From positions 434,001-498,000 of the forward strand of contig JBHGNT010000023.1 of NCBI GenBank assembly GCA_043228905.1: a DNA stretch of 64,000 nucleotides, written 5' to 3'. The DNA is from Azolla caroliniana. Its lineage: Eukaryota; Plantae; Polypodiophyta. How positions within the stretch are numbered: position 1 is the stretch's first letter; every line of letters starts with the position of its first letter. Shown here in pieces: positions 1 through 12,049 of this stretch. The position numbers were made by a program, and so were the translations under genes. The notes under the pieces were generated by a model that did not search any database, had not been told where the DNA came from, and saw only the letters and a program-made list of their open reading frames with translations.

Positions 1-3000
1 AAATCAAGATTTTGAAACTCAGGTCGAGAGACATGAAGAAATTAGTAAATTAGGGGAGGCAGTTGTGATATCGGATTTTAGTGTTCAAAGATGCCAATCG
101 AACCTAACAACACTAGCTATGATATGGAATTAAAAAATCAAGATTTTGAGACTAAGGTCGAGAGACATGAAGAAATTAGTAAATTAGGGGAGGGAGTTGA
201 TAAGAGCGCGTGAGTAAATTAAAATGTTCATACCTGGCTCGTGTGATATCGGATTTTTGTGTTCAGAGATGCGAATCGAAGCTAACAACACTTGGTATGA
301 TATGGAATTAAAAAATCAAGATTTTGAGACTAAGGTCGAGAGACATCAAGAAATTAGTAAATTAGGGGAGGGAGTTGATAAGAGCGCGTGAGTAAATTAA
401 AATGTTCATACCTGGCTCATGTGATCCCGGATTTTTGTGTTCAAAGATGCCAATCGAAGCTAACAATACTAGTTACGATATGGAATTAAAAAATCAAGAT
501 TTTGAAACTCAGGTCGAGAGACATGAAGAAATTAGTAAATTAGGGGAGGGAGTTGAGAAGAGCGCATGAGTAAATTAAAATGTTCATACCTGGCTCTTGT
601 GATATCGGATTTTAGTGTTCAAAGATGCCAATCGAAGCTAACAACACTAGCTATGATATGGAATTAAAAAATCAAGATTTTGAGACTAAGGTCGAGAGAC
701 ATGAAGAAATTAGTAAATTAGGGGAGGGAGTTGATAAGAGCGCGTGAGTAAATTAAAATGTTCATACCTGGCTCGTGTGATCCCGGATTTTTGTGTTCAA
801 AGATGCCAATCGAAGCTAACAATACTAGTTATGATATGGAATTAAAAAATCAAGATTTTGAAACTCAGGTCGAGAGACATGAAGAAATTAGTAAATTAGG
901 GAAGGGAGTTGATAAGAGCGCGTGAGTAAATTAAAATGTTCATACCTGGCTCGTGTGATATCGGATTTTAGTGTTCAAAGATGCCAATCGAAGCTAACAA
1001 CACTAGCTATGATATGGAATTAAAAAATCAAAATTTCGAAACTTGGGTCGAGAGACATTAAGAAATTCGTAAATTAGGGGAGGGAGTTGAGAAAAGCGCG
1101 TGAGTAAATTAAAATGTTCATAGCTGGCTCGTGTGATATCGGATTTTTGTGTTCAAACATGCGAATCGAAGCTAACAACACTTGCTATGATATGGAATTA
1201 AAAAATCAAGATTTTGAAACTCAGGTCGAGAGACATGAAGAAATTAGTAAAGTAGGGGAGGGAGTTGAGAAGAGCGCGTGAGTAAATTAAAATGTTCATA
1301 CCTGGCTCGTGTGATATCGGATTTTTGTGTTCAGAGATGCGAATCGAAGCTAACAACACTAGCTATGATATGGAATTAAAAAATCAAGATTTTCAAACTT
1401 GGGTCGAGAGACATGAAGAAATTAGTAAATTAGAGGAGGGTGTTGACGAGAGCGCGTGAGTAAATTAAAATGTTCATAGCTGGCTCGTGTGATATCGGAT
1501 TTTAGTGTTCAAACATGCGAATCGAAGCTAACAACACCAACTATGATATGGAATTAAAAAATCAAGATTTTGAGACTAAGGTCGCGAGACATGAAGAAAT
1601 TAGTAAATTAGGGGAGGGAGTTGATAAGAGCGCGTGAGTAAATTAAAATGTTCATACCTGGCTCGTGTGATCCCGGACTTTTGTGTTCAAAGATGCCAAT
1701 CGAAGCTAACAATACTAGTTATGATATGGAATTAAAAAATCAAGATTTTGAAACTCAAGTCGAGAGACATGAAGAAATTAGTAAATTAGGGGAGGGAGTT
1801 GAGAAGAGCGCGTGAGTAAATTAAAATGTTCATAGTTGGCTCGTGTGATATCGGATTTTTGTGTTCAGAGATGCGAATCGAAGCTAACAACACTAGCTAT
1901 GATATGGAATTAAAAAATCAAGATTTTGAAACTCAGGTCGAGAGACATGAAGAAATTAGTAAATTAGAGGAGGGTGTTGACAAGAGCGCATGAGTAAATT
2001 AAAATGTTCATACCTGGCTCTTGTGATATCGGATTTTAGTGTTCAAAGATGCCAATCGAAGCTAACAACACTAGCTATGATATGGAATTAAAAAATCAAG
2101 ATTTTGAAACTTGGGTCGAGAGACATGAAGAAATTAGTAAATTAGAGGAGGGTGTTGACGAGAGCGCGTGAGTAAATTAAAATGTTCATAGCTGGCTCGT
2201 GTGATATCGGATTTTTGTGTTCAAACATGCGAATCGAAGCTAACAACACCAACTATGATATGGAATTAAAAAATCAAGATTTTGAGACTAAGGTCGAGAG
2301 ACATGAAGAAATTAGTAAATTAGGGGAGGGAGTTGATAAGAGCGCGTGAGTAAATTAAAATGTTCATACCTGGCTCGTGTGATCCCGGATTTTTGTGTTC
2401 AAAGATACCAATCGAAGCTAACAATACTAGTTATGATATGGAATTAAAAAATCAAGATTTTGAAACTAAGGTCGAGAGACATGAAGAAATTAGTAAATTA
2501 GGGGAGGGAGTTGATAAGAGCGCGTGAGTAAATTAAAATGTTCATACCTGGCTCGTGTGATCCCGGATTTTTGTGTTCAAAGATACCAATCGAAGCTAAC
2601 AACACTTGCTATGATATGGAATTAAAAAATCAAGATTTTGAAACTCAGGTCGAGAGACATGAAGAAATTAGTAAATTAGGGGAGGGAGTTGAGAAGAGCG
2701 CGTGAGTAAATTAAAATGTTCATAGCTGGCTCGTGTGATATCGGATTTTTGTGTTCAAACATGCGAATCAAAGCTAACAACACTAGCTATGATAAGGAAT
2801 GAAAAAATCAAGATTTTGAAACTCAGGTCGAGAGACATGAAGAAATTAGTAAATTAGAGGAGGGTGTTGACGAGAGCGCGTAAGGAAATTAAAATGTTCA
2901 TAGCTGGCTCGTGTGATATCGGATTTTTGTGTTCAGAGATGCGAATCGAAGCTAACAACACTAGCTATGATATGGAATTAAAAAATCAAGATTTTGAAAC

Positions 3001-3714
3001 TCAGGTCGAGAGACATGAAGAAATTAGTAAATTAGAGGAGGGTGTTGACAAGAGCGCATGAGTAAATTAAAATGTTCATACCTGGCTCTTGTGATATCGG
3101 ATTTTAGTGTTCAAAGATGCCAATCGAACCTAACAACACTAGCTATGATATGGAATTAAAAAATCAAGATTTTGAGACTAAGGTCGAGAGACATGAAGAA
3201 ATTAGTAAATTAGGGGAGGGAGTTGATAAGAGCGCGTGAGTAAATTAAAATGTTTATACCTGGCTCGTGTGATCCCGGATTTTTGTGTTCAAAGATGCCA
3301 ATCGAAGCTAACAATACTAGTTATGATATGGAATTAAAAAATCAAGATTTTGAAACTCAGGTCGAGAGACATGAAGAAATTAGTAAATTAGGGGAGGGAG
3401 TTGAGAAGAGCGCGTGAGTAAATTAAAATGTTCATAGCTGGCTCGTGTGATATCGGATTTTTGTGTTCAAACATGCGAATCGAAGCTAACAACACTTGCT
3501 ATGATATGGAATTAAAAAATCAAGATTTTGAAACTCAGGTCGAGAGACATGAAGAAATTAGTAAAGTAGGGGAGGGAGTTGAGAAGAGCGCATGAGTAAA
3601 TTAAAATGTTCATACCTGGCTCTTGTGATATCGGATTTTAGTGTTCAAAGATGCCAATCGAAGCTAACAACACTAGCTATGATATGGAATTAAAAAATCA
3701 AAATTTCGAAACTT

Positions 3715-3738
3715 GGGTTTAGGGTTTAGGGTTTAGGG
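3715..3738 (+). repeat. Interstitial telomeric tract type A, GGG(TTTAGGG)3, copy 1 (167-bp monomer)
   Basis: Reads ACTTGGGTTTAGGGTTTAGGGTTTAGGGGAGGG. The native 25 nt CGAGAGACATGAAGAAATTAGTAAA is replaced by 14 nt of telomeric sequence. Confidence 0.97.
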
Positions 3739-6017
3739 GAGGGAGTTGAGAAGAGCGCGTGAGTAAATTAAAATGTTCATAGCTGGCTCGTGTGATATCG
3801 GATTTTTGTGTTCAGAGATGCGAATCGAAGCTAACAACACTAGCTATGATATGGAATTAAAAAATCAAGATTTTGAAACTCAGGTCGAGAGACATGAAGA
3901 AATTAGTAAATTAGAGGAGGGTGTTGACAAGAGCGCATGAGTAAATTAAAATGTTCATACCTGGCTCTTGTGATATCGGATTTTAGTGTTCAAAGATGCC
4001 AATCGAAGCTAACAACACTAGCTATGATATGGAATTAAAAAATCAAGATTTTGAGACTAAGGTCGAGAGACATGAAGAAATTAGTAAATTAGGGGAGGGA
4101 GTTGATAAGAGCGCGTGAGTAAATTAAAATGTTCATACCTGGCTCGTGTGATCCCGGATTTTTGTGTTCAAAGATGCCAATCGAAGCTAACAATACTAGT
4201 TATGATATGGAATTAAAAAATCAAGATTTTGAAACTCAGGTCGAGAGACATGAAGAAATTAGTAAATTAGGGGAGGGAGTTGAGAAGAGCGCGTGAGTAA
4301 ATTAAAATGTTCATAGCTGGCTCGTGTGATATCGGATTTTTGTGTTCAAACATGCGAATCGAAGCTAACAACACTTTCTATGATATGGAATTAAAAAATC
4401 AAGATTTTGAAACTGAGGTCGAGAGACATGAAGAAATTAGTAAATTAGGGGAGGGAGTTGAGAAGAGCGCGTGAGTAAATTAAAATGTTCATAGCTGGCT
4501 CGTGTGATATCGGATTTTTGTGTTCAAACATGCGAATCAAAGCTAACAACACTAGCTATGATAAGGAATGAAAAAATCAAGATTTTGAAACTCAGGTCGA
4601 GAGACATGAAGAAATTAGTAAATTAGAGGAGGGTGTTGACGAGAGCGCGTGAGGAAATTAAAATGTTCATAGCTGGCTCATGTGATATCGGATTTTTGTG
4701 TTCAGAGATGCGAATCGAAGCTAACAACACTAGCTATGATATGGAATTAAAAAATCAAGATTTTGAAACTCAGGTCGAGAGACATGAAGAAATTAGTAAA
4801 TTAGAGGAGGGTGTTGACAAGAGCGCATGAGTAAATTAAAATGTTCATACCTGGCTCTTGTGATATCGGATTTTAGTGTTCAAAGATGCCAATCGAAGCT
4901 AACAACACTAGCTATGATATGGAATTAAAAAATCAAAATTTCGAAACTTGGGTCGAGAGACATGAAGAAATTAGTAAATTAGGGGAGGGAGTTGAGAAGA
5001 GCGCGTGAGTAAATTAAAATGTTCATAGCTGGCTCGTGTGGTATCGGATTTTTGTGTTCAAACATGCGAATCGAAGCTAACAACACTTTCTATGATATGG
5101 AATTAAAAAATCCAGATTTCGAAACTTGGGTCGAGAGACATGAAGAAATTAGTAAATTAGGGGAGGAAGTTGATAAGATAGCGTGAGTAAATTAAAATGT
5201 TCATACCTGGCTCGTGTGATACCGGATTTTTGTGTTCAGAGATGCGAATCGAAGCTAACAACACTAGCTATGATATGGAATTAAAAAATCAAGATTTTGA
5301 AACTCAGGTCGAGAGACATGAAGAAATTAGTAAATTAGAGGAGGGTGTTGACAAGAGCGCATGAGTAAATTAAAATGTTCATACCTGGCTCTTGTGATAT
5401 CGGATTTTAGTGTTCAAAGATGCCAATCGAACCTAACAACACTAGCTATGATATGGAATTAAAAAATCAAGATTTTGAGACTAAGGTCGAGAGACATGAA
5501 GAAATTAGTAAATTAGGGGAGGGAGTTGATAAGAGCGCGTGAGTAAATTAAAATGTTCATACCTGGCTCGTGTGATCCCGGATTTTTGTGTTCAAAGATG
5601 CCAATCGAAGCTAACAATACTAGTTATGATATGGAATTAAAAAATCAAGATTTTGAAACTCAGGTCGAGAGACATGAAGAAATTAGTAAATTAGGGGAGG
5701 GAGTTGAGAAGAGCGCGTGAGTAAATTAAAATGTTCATAGCTGGCTCGTGTGATATCGGATTTTTGTGTTCAAACATGCGAATCGAAGCTAACAACACTT
5801 GCTATGATATGGAATTAAAAAATCAAGATTTTGAAACTCAGGTCGAGAGACATGAAGAAATTAGTAAAGTAGGGGAGGGAGTTGAGAAGAGCGCATGAGT
5901 AAATTAAAATGTTCATACCTGGCTCTTGTGATATCGGATTTTAGTGTTCAAAGATGCCAATCGAAGCTAACAACACTAGCTATGATATGGAATTAAAAAA
6001 TCAAAATTTCGAAACTT

Positions 6018-6041
6018 GGGTTTAGGGTTTAGGGTTTAGGG
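6018..6041 (+). repeat. Interstitial telomeric tract type A, copy 2
   Basis: Identical to 3715-3738; 2303 bp downstream (13x178-11). Confidence 0.97.
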
Positions 6042-9000
6042 GAGGGAGTTGAGAAGAGCGCGTGAGTAAATTAAAATGTTCATAGCTGGCTCGTGTGATA
6101 TCGGATTTTTGTGTTCAGAGATGCGAATCGAAGCTAACAACACTAGCTATGATATGGAATTAAAAAATCAAGATTTTGAAACTCAGGTCGAGAGACATGA
6201 AGAAATTAGTAAATTAGAGGAGGGTGTTGACAAGAGCGCATGAGTAAATTAAAATGTTCATACCTGGCTCTTGTGATATCGGATTTTAGTGTTCAAAGAT
6301 GCCAATCGAAGCTAACAACACTAGCTATGATATGGAATTAAAAAATCAAGATTTTGAGACTAAGGTCGAGAGACATGAAGAAATTAGTAAATTAGGGGAG
6401 GGAGTTGATAAGAGCGCGTGAGTAAATTAAAATGTTCATACCTGGCTCGTGTGATCCCGGATTTTTGTGTTCAAAGATGCCAATCGAAGCTAACAATACT
6501 AGTTATGATATGGAATTAAAAAATCAAGATTTTGAAACTCAGGTCGAGAGACATGAAGAAATTAGTAAATTAGGGGAGGGAGTTGAGAAGAGCGCGTGAG
6601 TAAATTAAAATGTTCATAGCTGGCTCGTGTGATATCGGATTTTTGTGTTCAAACATGCGAATCGAAGCTAACAACACTTTCTATGATATGGAATTAAAAA
6701 ATCAAGATTTTGAAACTGAGGTCGAGAGACATGAAGAAATTAGTAAATTAGGGGAGGGAGTTGAGAAGAGCGCGTGAGTAAATTAAAATGTTCATAGCTG
6801 GCTCGTGTGATATCGGATTTTTGTGTTCAAACATGCGAATCAAAGCTAACAACACTAGCTATGATAAGGAATGAAAAAATCAAGATTTTGAAACTCAGGT
6901 CGAGAGACATGAAGAAATTAGTAAATTAGAGGAGGGTGTTGACGAGAGCGCGTGAGGAAATTAAAATGTTCATAGCTGGCTCATGTGATATCGGATTTTT
7001 GTGTTCAGAGATGCGAATCGAAGCTAACAACACTAGCTATGATATGGAATTAAAAAATCAAGATTTTGAAACTCAGGTCGAGAGACATGAAGAAATTAGT
7101 AAATTAGAGGAGGGTGTTGACAAGAGCGCATGAGTAAATTAAAATGTTCATACCTGGCTCTTGTGATATCGGATTTTAGTGTTCAAAGATGCCAATCGAA
7201 GCTAACAACACTAGCTATGATATGGAATTAAAAAATCAAAATTTCGAAACTTGGGTCGAGAGACATGAAGAAATTAGTAAATTAGGGGAGGGAGTTGAGA
7301 AGAGCGCGTGAGTAAATTAAAATGTTCATAGCTGGCTCGTGTGGTATCGGATTTTTGTGTTCAAACATGCGAATCGAAGCTAACAACACTTTCTATGATA
7401 TGGAATTAAAAAATCCAGATTTCGAAACTTGGGTCGAGAGACATGAAGAAATTAGTAAATTAGGGGAGGAAGTTGATAAGATAGCGTGAGTAAATTAAAA
7501 TGTTCATACCTGGCTCGTGTGATACCGGATTTTTGTGTTCAGAGATGCGAATCGAAGCTAACAACACTAGCTATGATATGGAATTAAAAAATCAAGATTT
7601 TGAAACTCAGGTCGAGAGACATGAAGAAATTAGTAAATTAGAGGAGGGTGTTGACAAGAGCGCATGAGTAAATTAAAATGTTCATACCTGGCTCTTGTGA
7701 TATCGGATTTTAGTGTTCAAAGATGCCAATCGAACCTAACAACACTAGCTATGATATGGAATTAAAAAATCAAGATTTTGAGACTAAGGTCGAGAGACAT
7801 GAAGAAATTAGTAAATTAGGGGAGGGAGTTGATAAGAGCGCGTGAGTAAATTAAAATGTTCATACCTGGCTCGTGTGATCCCGGATTTTTGTGTTCAAAG
7901 ATGCCAATCGAAGCTAACAATACTAGTTATGATATGGAATTAAAAAATCAAGATTTTGAAACTCAGGTCGAGAGACATGAAGAAATTAGTAAATTAGGGG
8001 AGGGAGTTGAGAAGAGCGCGTGAGTAAATTAAAATGTTCATAGCTGGCTCGTGTGATATCGGATTTTTGTGTTCAAACATGCGAATCGAAGCTAACAACA
8101 CTTTCTATGATATGGAATTAAAAAATCAAGATTTTGAAACTGAGGTCGAGAGACATGAAGAAATTAGTAAATTAGGGGAGGGAGTTGAGAAGAGCGCGTG
8201 AGTAAATTAAAATGTTCATAGCTGGCTCGTGTGATATCGGATTTTTGTGTTCAAACATGCGAATCAAAGCTAACAACACTAGCTATGATAAGGAATGAAA
8301 AAATCAAGATTTTGAAACTGAGGTCGAGAGACATGAAGAAATTAGTAAATTAGGGGAGGGAGTTGAGAAGAGCGCGTGAGTAAATTAAAATGTTCATAGC
8401 TGGCTCGTGTGATATCGGATTTTTGTGTTCAAACATGCGAATCAAAGCTAACAACACTAGCTATGATAAGGAATGAAAAAATCAAGATTTTGAAACTCAG
8501 GTCGAGAGACATGAAGAAATTAGTAAATTAGAGGAGGGTGTTGACGAGAGCGCGTGAGGAAATTAAAATGTTCATAGCTGGCTCATGTGATATCGGATTT
8601 TTGTGTTCAGAGATGCGAATCGAAGCTAACAACACTAGCTATGATATGGAATTAAAAAATCAAGATTTTGAAACTCAGGTCGAGAGACATGAAGAAATTA
8701 GTAAATTAGAGGAGGGTGTTGACAAGAGCGCATGAGTAAATTAAAATGTTCATACCTGGCTCTTGTGATATCGGATTTTAGTGTTCAAAGATGCCAATCG
8801 AAGCTAACAACACTAGCTATGATATGGAATTAAAAAATCAAAATTTCGAAACTTGGGTCGAGAGACATGAAGAAATTAGTAAATTAGGGGAGGGAGTTGA
8901 GAAGAGCGCGTGAGTAAATTAAAATGTTCATAGCTGGCTCGTGTGGTATCGGATTTTTGTGTTCAAACATGCGAATCGAAGCTAACAACACTTTCTATGA

Positions 9001-9922
9001 TATGGAATTAAAAAATCCAGATTTCGAAACTTGGGTCGAGAGACATGAAGAAATTAGTAAATTAGGGGAGGAAGTTGATAAGATAGCGTGAGTAAATTAA
9101 AATGTTCATACCTGGCTCGTGTGATACCGGATTTTTGTGTTCAGAGATGCGAATCGAAGCTAACAACACTAGCTATGATATGGAATTAAAAAATCAAGAT
9201 TTTGAAACTCAGGTCGAGAGACATGAAGAAATTAGTAAATTAGAGGAGGGTGTTGACAAGAGCGCATGAGTAAATTAAAATGTTCATACCTGGCTCTTGT
9301 GATATCGGATTTTAGTGTTCAAAGATGCCAATCGAACCTAACAACACTAGCTATGATATGGAATTAAAAAATCAAGATTTTGAGACTAAGGTCGAGAGAC
9401 ATGAAGAAATTAGTAAATTAGGGGAGGGAGTTGATAAGAGCGCGTGAGTAAATTAAAATGTTCATACCTGGCTCGTGTGATCCCGGATTTTTGTGTTCAA
9501 AGATGCCAATCGAAGCTAACAATACTAGTTATGATATGGAATTAAAAAATCAAGATTTTGAAACTCAGGTCGAGAGACATGAAGAAATTAGTAAATTAGG
9601 GGAGGGAGTTGAGAAGAGCGCGTGAGTAAATTAAAATGTTCATAGCTGGCTCGTGTGATATCGGATTTTTGTGTTCAAACATGCGAATCGAAGCTAACAA
9701 CACTTGCTATGATATGGAATTAAAAAATCAAGATTTTGAAACTCAGGTCGAGAGACATGAAGAAATTAGTAAAGTAGGGGAGGGAGTTGAGAAGAGCGCA
9801 TGAGTAAATTAAAATGTTCATACCTGGCTCTTGTGATATCGGATTTTAGTGTTCAAAGATGCCAATCGAAGCTAACAACACTAGCTATGATATGGAATTA
9901 AAAAATCAAAATTTCGAAACTT

Positions 9923-9946
9923 GGGTTTAGGGTTTAGGGTTTAGGG
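9923..9946 (+). repeat. Interstitial telomeric tract type A, copy 3
   Basis: Identical tract and junctions; 3905 bp after copy 2 (22x178-11). Confidence 0.97.
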
Positions 9947-12049
9947 GAGGGAGTTGAGAAGAGCGCGTGAGTAAATTAAAATGTTCATAGCTGGCTCGTG
10001 TGATATCGGATTTTTGTGTTCAGAGATGCGAATCGAAGCTAACAACACTAGCTATGATATGGAATTAAAAAATCAAGATTTTGAAACTCAGGTCGAGAGA
10101 CATGAAGAAATTAGTAAATTAGAGGAGGGTGTTGACAAGAGCGCATGAGTAAATTAAAATGTTCATACCTGGCTCTTGTGATATCGGATTTTAGTGTTCA
10201 AAGATGCCAATCGAAGCTAACAACACTAGCTATGATATGGAATTAAAAAATCAAGATTTTGAGACTAAGGTCGAGAGACATGAAGAAATTAGTAAATTAG
10301 GGGAGGGAGTTGATAAGAGCGCGTGAGTAAATTAAAATGTTCATACCTGGCTCGTGTGATCCCGGATTTTTGTGTTCAAAGATGCCAATCGAAGCTAACA
10401 ATACTAGTTATGATATGGAATTAAAAAATCAAGATTTTGAAACTCAGGTCGAGAGACATGAAGAAATTAGTAAATTAGGGGAGGGAGTTGAGAAGAGCGC
10501 GTGAGTAAATTAAAATGTTCATAGCTGGCTCGTGTGATATCGGATTTTTGTGTTCAAACATGCGAATCGAAGCTAACAACACTTTCTATGATATGGAATT
10601 AAAAAATCAAGATTTTGAAACTGAGGTCGAGAGACATGAAGAAATTAGTAAATTAGGGGAGGGAGTTGAGAAGAGCGCGTGAGTAAATTAAAATGTTCAT
10701 AGCTGGCTCGTGTGATATCGGATTTTTGTGTTCAAACATGCGAATCAAAGCTAACAACACTAGCTATGATAAGGAATGAAAAAATCAAGATTTTGAAACT
10801 CAGGTCGAGAGACATGAAGAAATTAGTAAATTAGAGGAGGGTGTTGACGAGAGCGCGTGAGGAAATTAAAATGTTCATAGCTGGCTCGTGTGATATCGGA
10901 TTTTTGTGTTCAGAGATGCGAATCGAAGCTAACAACACTAGCTATGATATGGAATTAAAAAATCAAGATTTTGAAACTCAGGTCGAGAGACATGAAGAAA
11001 TTAGTAAATTAGAGGAGGGTGTTGACAAGAGCGCATGAGTAAATTAAAATGTTCATACCTGGCTCTTGTGATATCGGATTTTAGTGTTCAAAGATGCCAA
11101 TCGAAGCTAACAACACTAGCTATGATATGGAATTAAAAAATCAAAATTTCGAAACTTGGGTCGAGAGACATGAAGAAATTACTAAATTAGGGGAGGGAGT
11201 TGAGAAGAGCGCGTGAGTAAATTAAAATGTTCATAGCTGGCTCGTGTGGTATCGGATTTTTGTGTTCAAACATGCGAATCGAAGCTAACAACACTTTCTA
11301 TGATATGGAATTAAAAAATCCAGATTTCGAAACTTGGGTCGAGAGACATGAAGAAATTAGTAAATTAGGGGAGGAAGTTGATAAGATAGCGTGAGTAAAT
11401 TAAAATGTTCATACCTGGCTCGTGTGATACCGGATTTTTGTGTTCAAAGATGCGAATCGAAGCTAACAACACTAGCTATGATATGGAATTAAAAAATCAA
11501 GATTTTGAAACTCAGGTCGAGAGACATGAAGATATTAGGAAATTAGAGGAGGGAGTTGAGAAGAGCGCGTGAGTAAATTAAAATGTTCATAGCTGGCTCG
11601 CGTGATCCCAGATTTTTATGTTCAAAGATGCGAATCGAAGCTAACAACACTACGTATGATATGGAATGAAAAAATCAATATTTTGAAACTTAGGTCGAGA
11701 GACATGAAGAAATTAGTAAATTAGAGGAGGGTATTGCAAGAGCGCGTGAGTAAATTAAAATGTTCATAGCTGGCTCGTGTGATATCGGATTTTTGTGTTC
11801 AGAGATGCGAATCGAAGCTAACAACACTAGCTATGATATGGAATTAAAAAATCAAGATTTTGAAACTCAGGTCGAGAGACATGAAGAAATTAGTAAATTA
11901 GAGGAGGGTGTTGACAAGAGCGCATGAGTAAATTAAAATGTTCATACCTGGCTCTTGTGATATCGGATTTTAGTGTTCAAAGATGCCAATCGAAGCTAAC
12001 AACACTAGCTATGATATGGAATTAAAAAATCAAGATTTTGAGACTAAGG

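Larger units (their letters stand above)
2920..11450 (+). repeat. Higher-order repeat block: 13-mer (2303 bp) with a 9-mer variant unit, carrying the type A telomere monomer
   Basis: Diagnostic variants (telomere tract; GTGAGGAAATT; GTGGTATC; TCCAGATTTC; GATAAGATAGC) recur at 2303, 1602 and 3905 bp spacings. The ORF starts 4633/6936/8538/10841 show the same periods. Boundaries are approximate. Confidence 0.85.

Noticed and set aside
180-195. Native TTAGGG in many monomers as evidence that the satellite derives from vertebrate-type telomere repeats
   Set aside because: It is a single hexamer per monomer with no tandem degenerate copies. It is relevant only as the microhomology used at the type A junction.
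1940-1985. TTGACA (-35-like) and GGAGG (Shine-Dalgarno-like) motifs
   Set aside because: These are chance matches inside a eukaryotic satellite variant, with no downstream gene.
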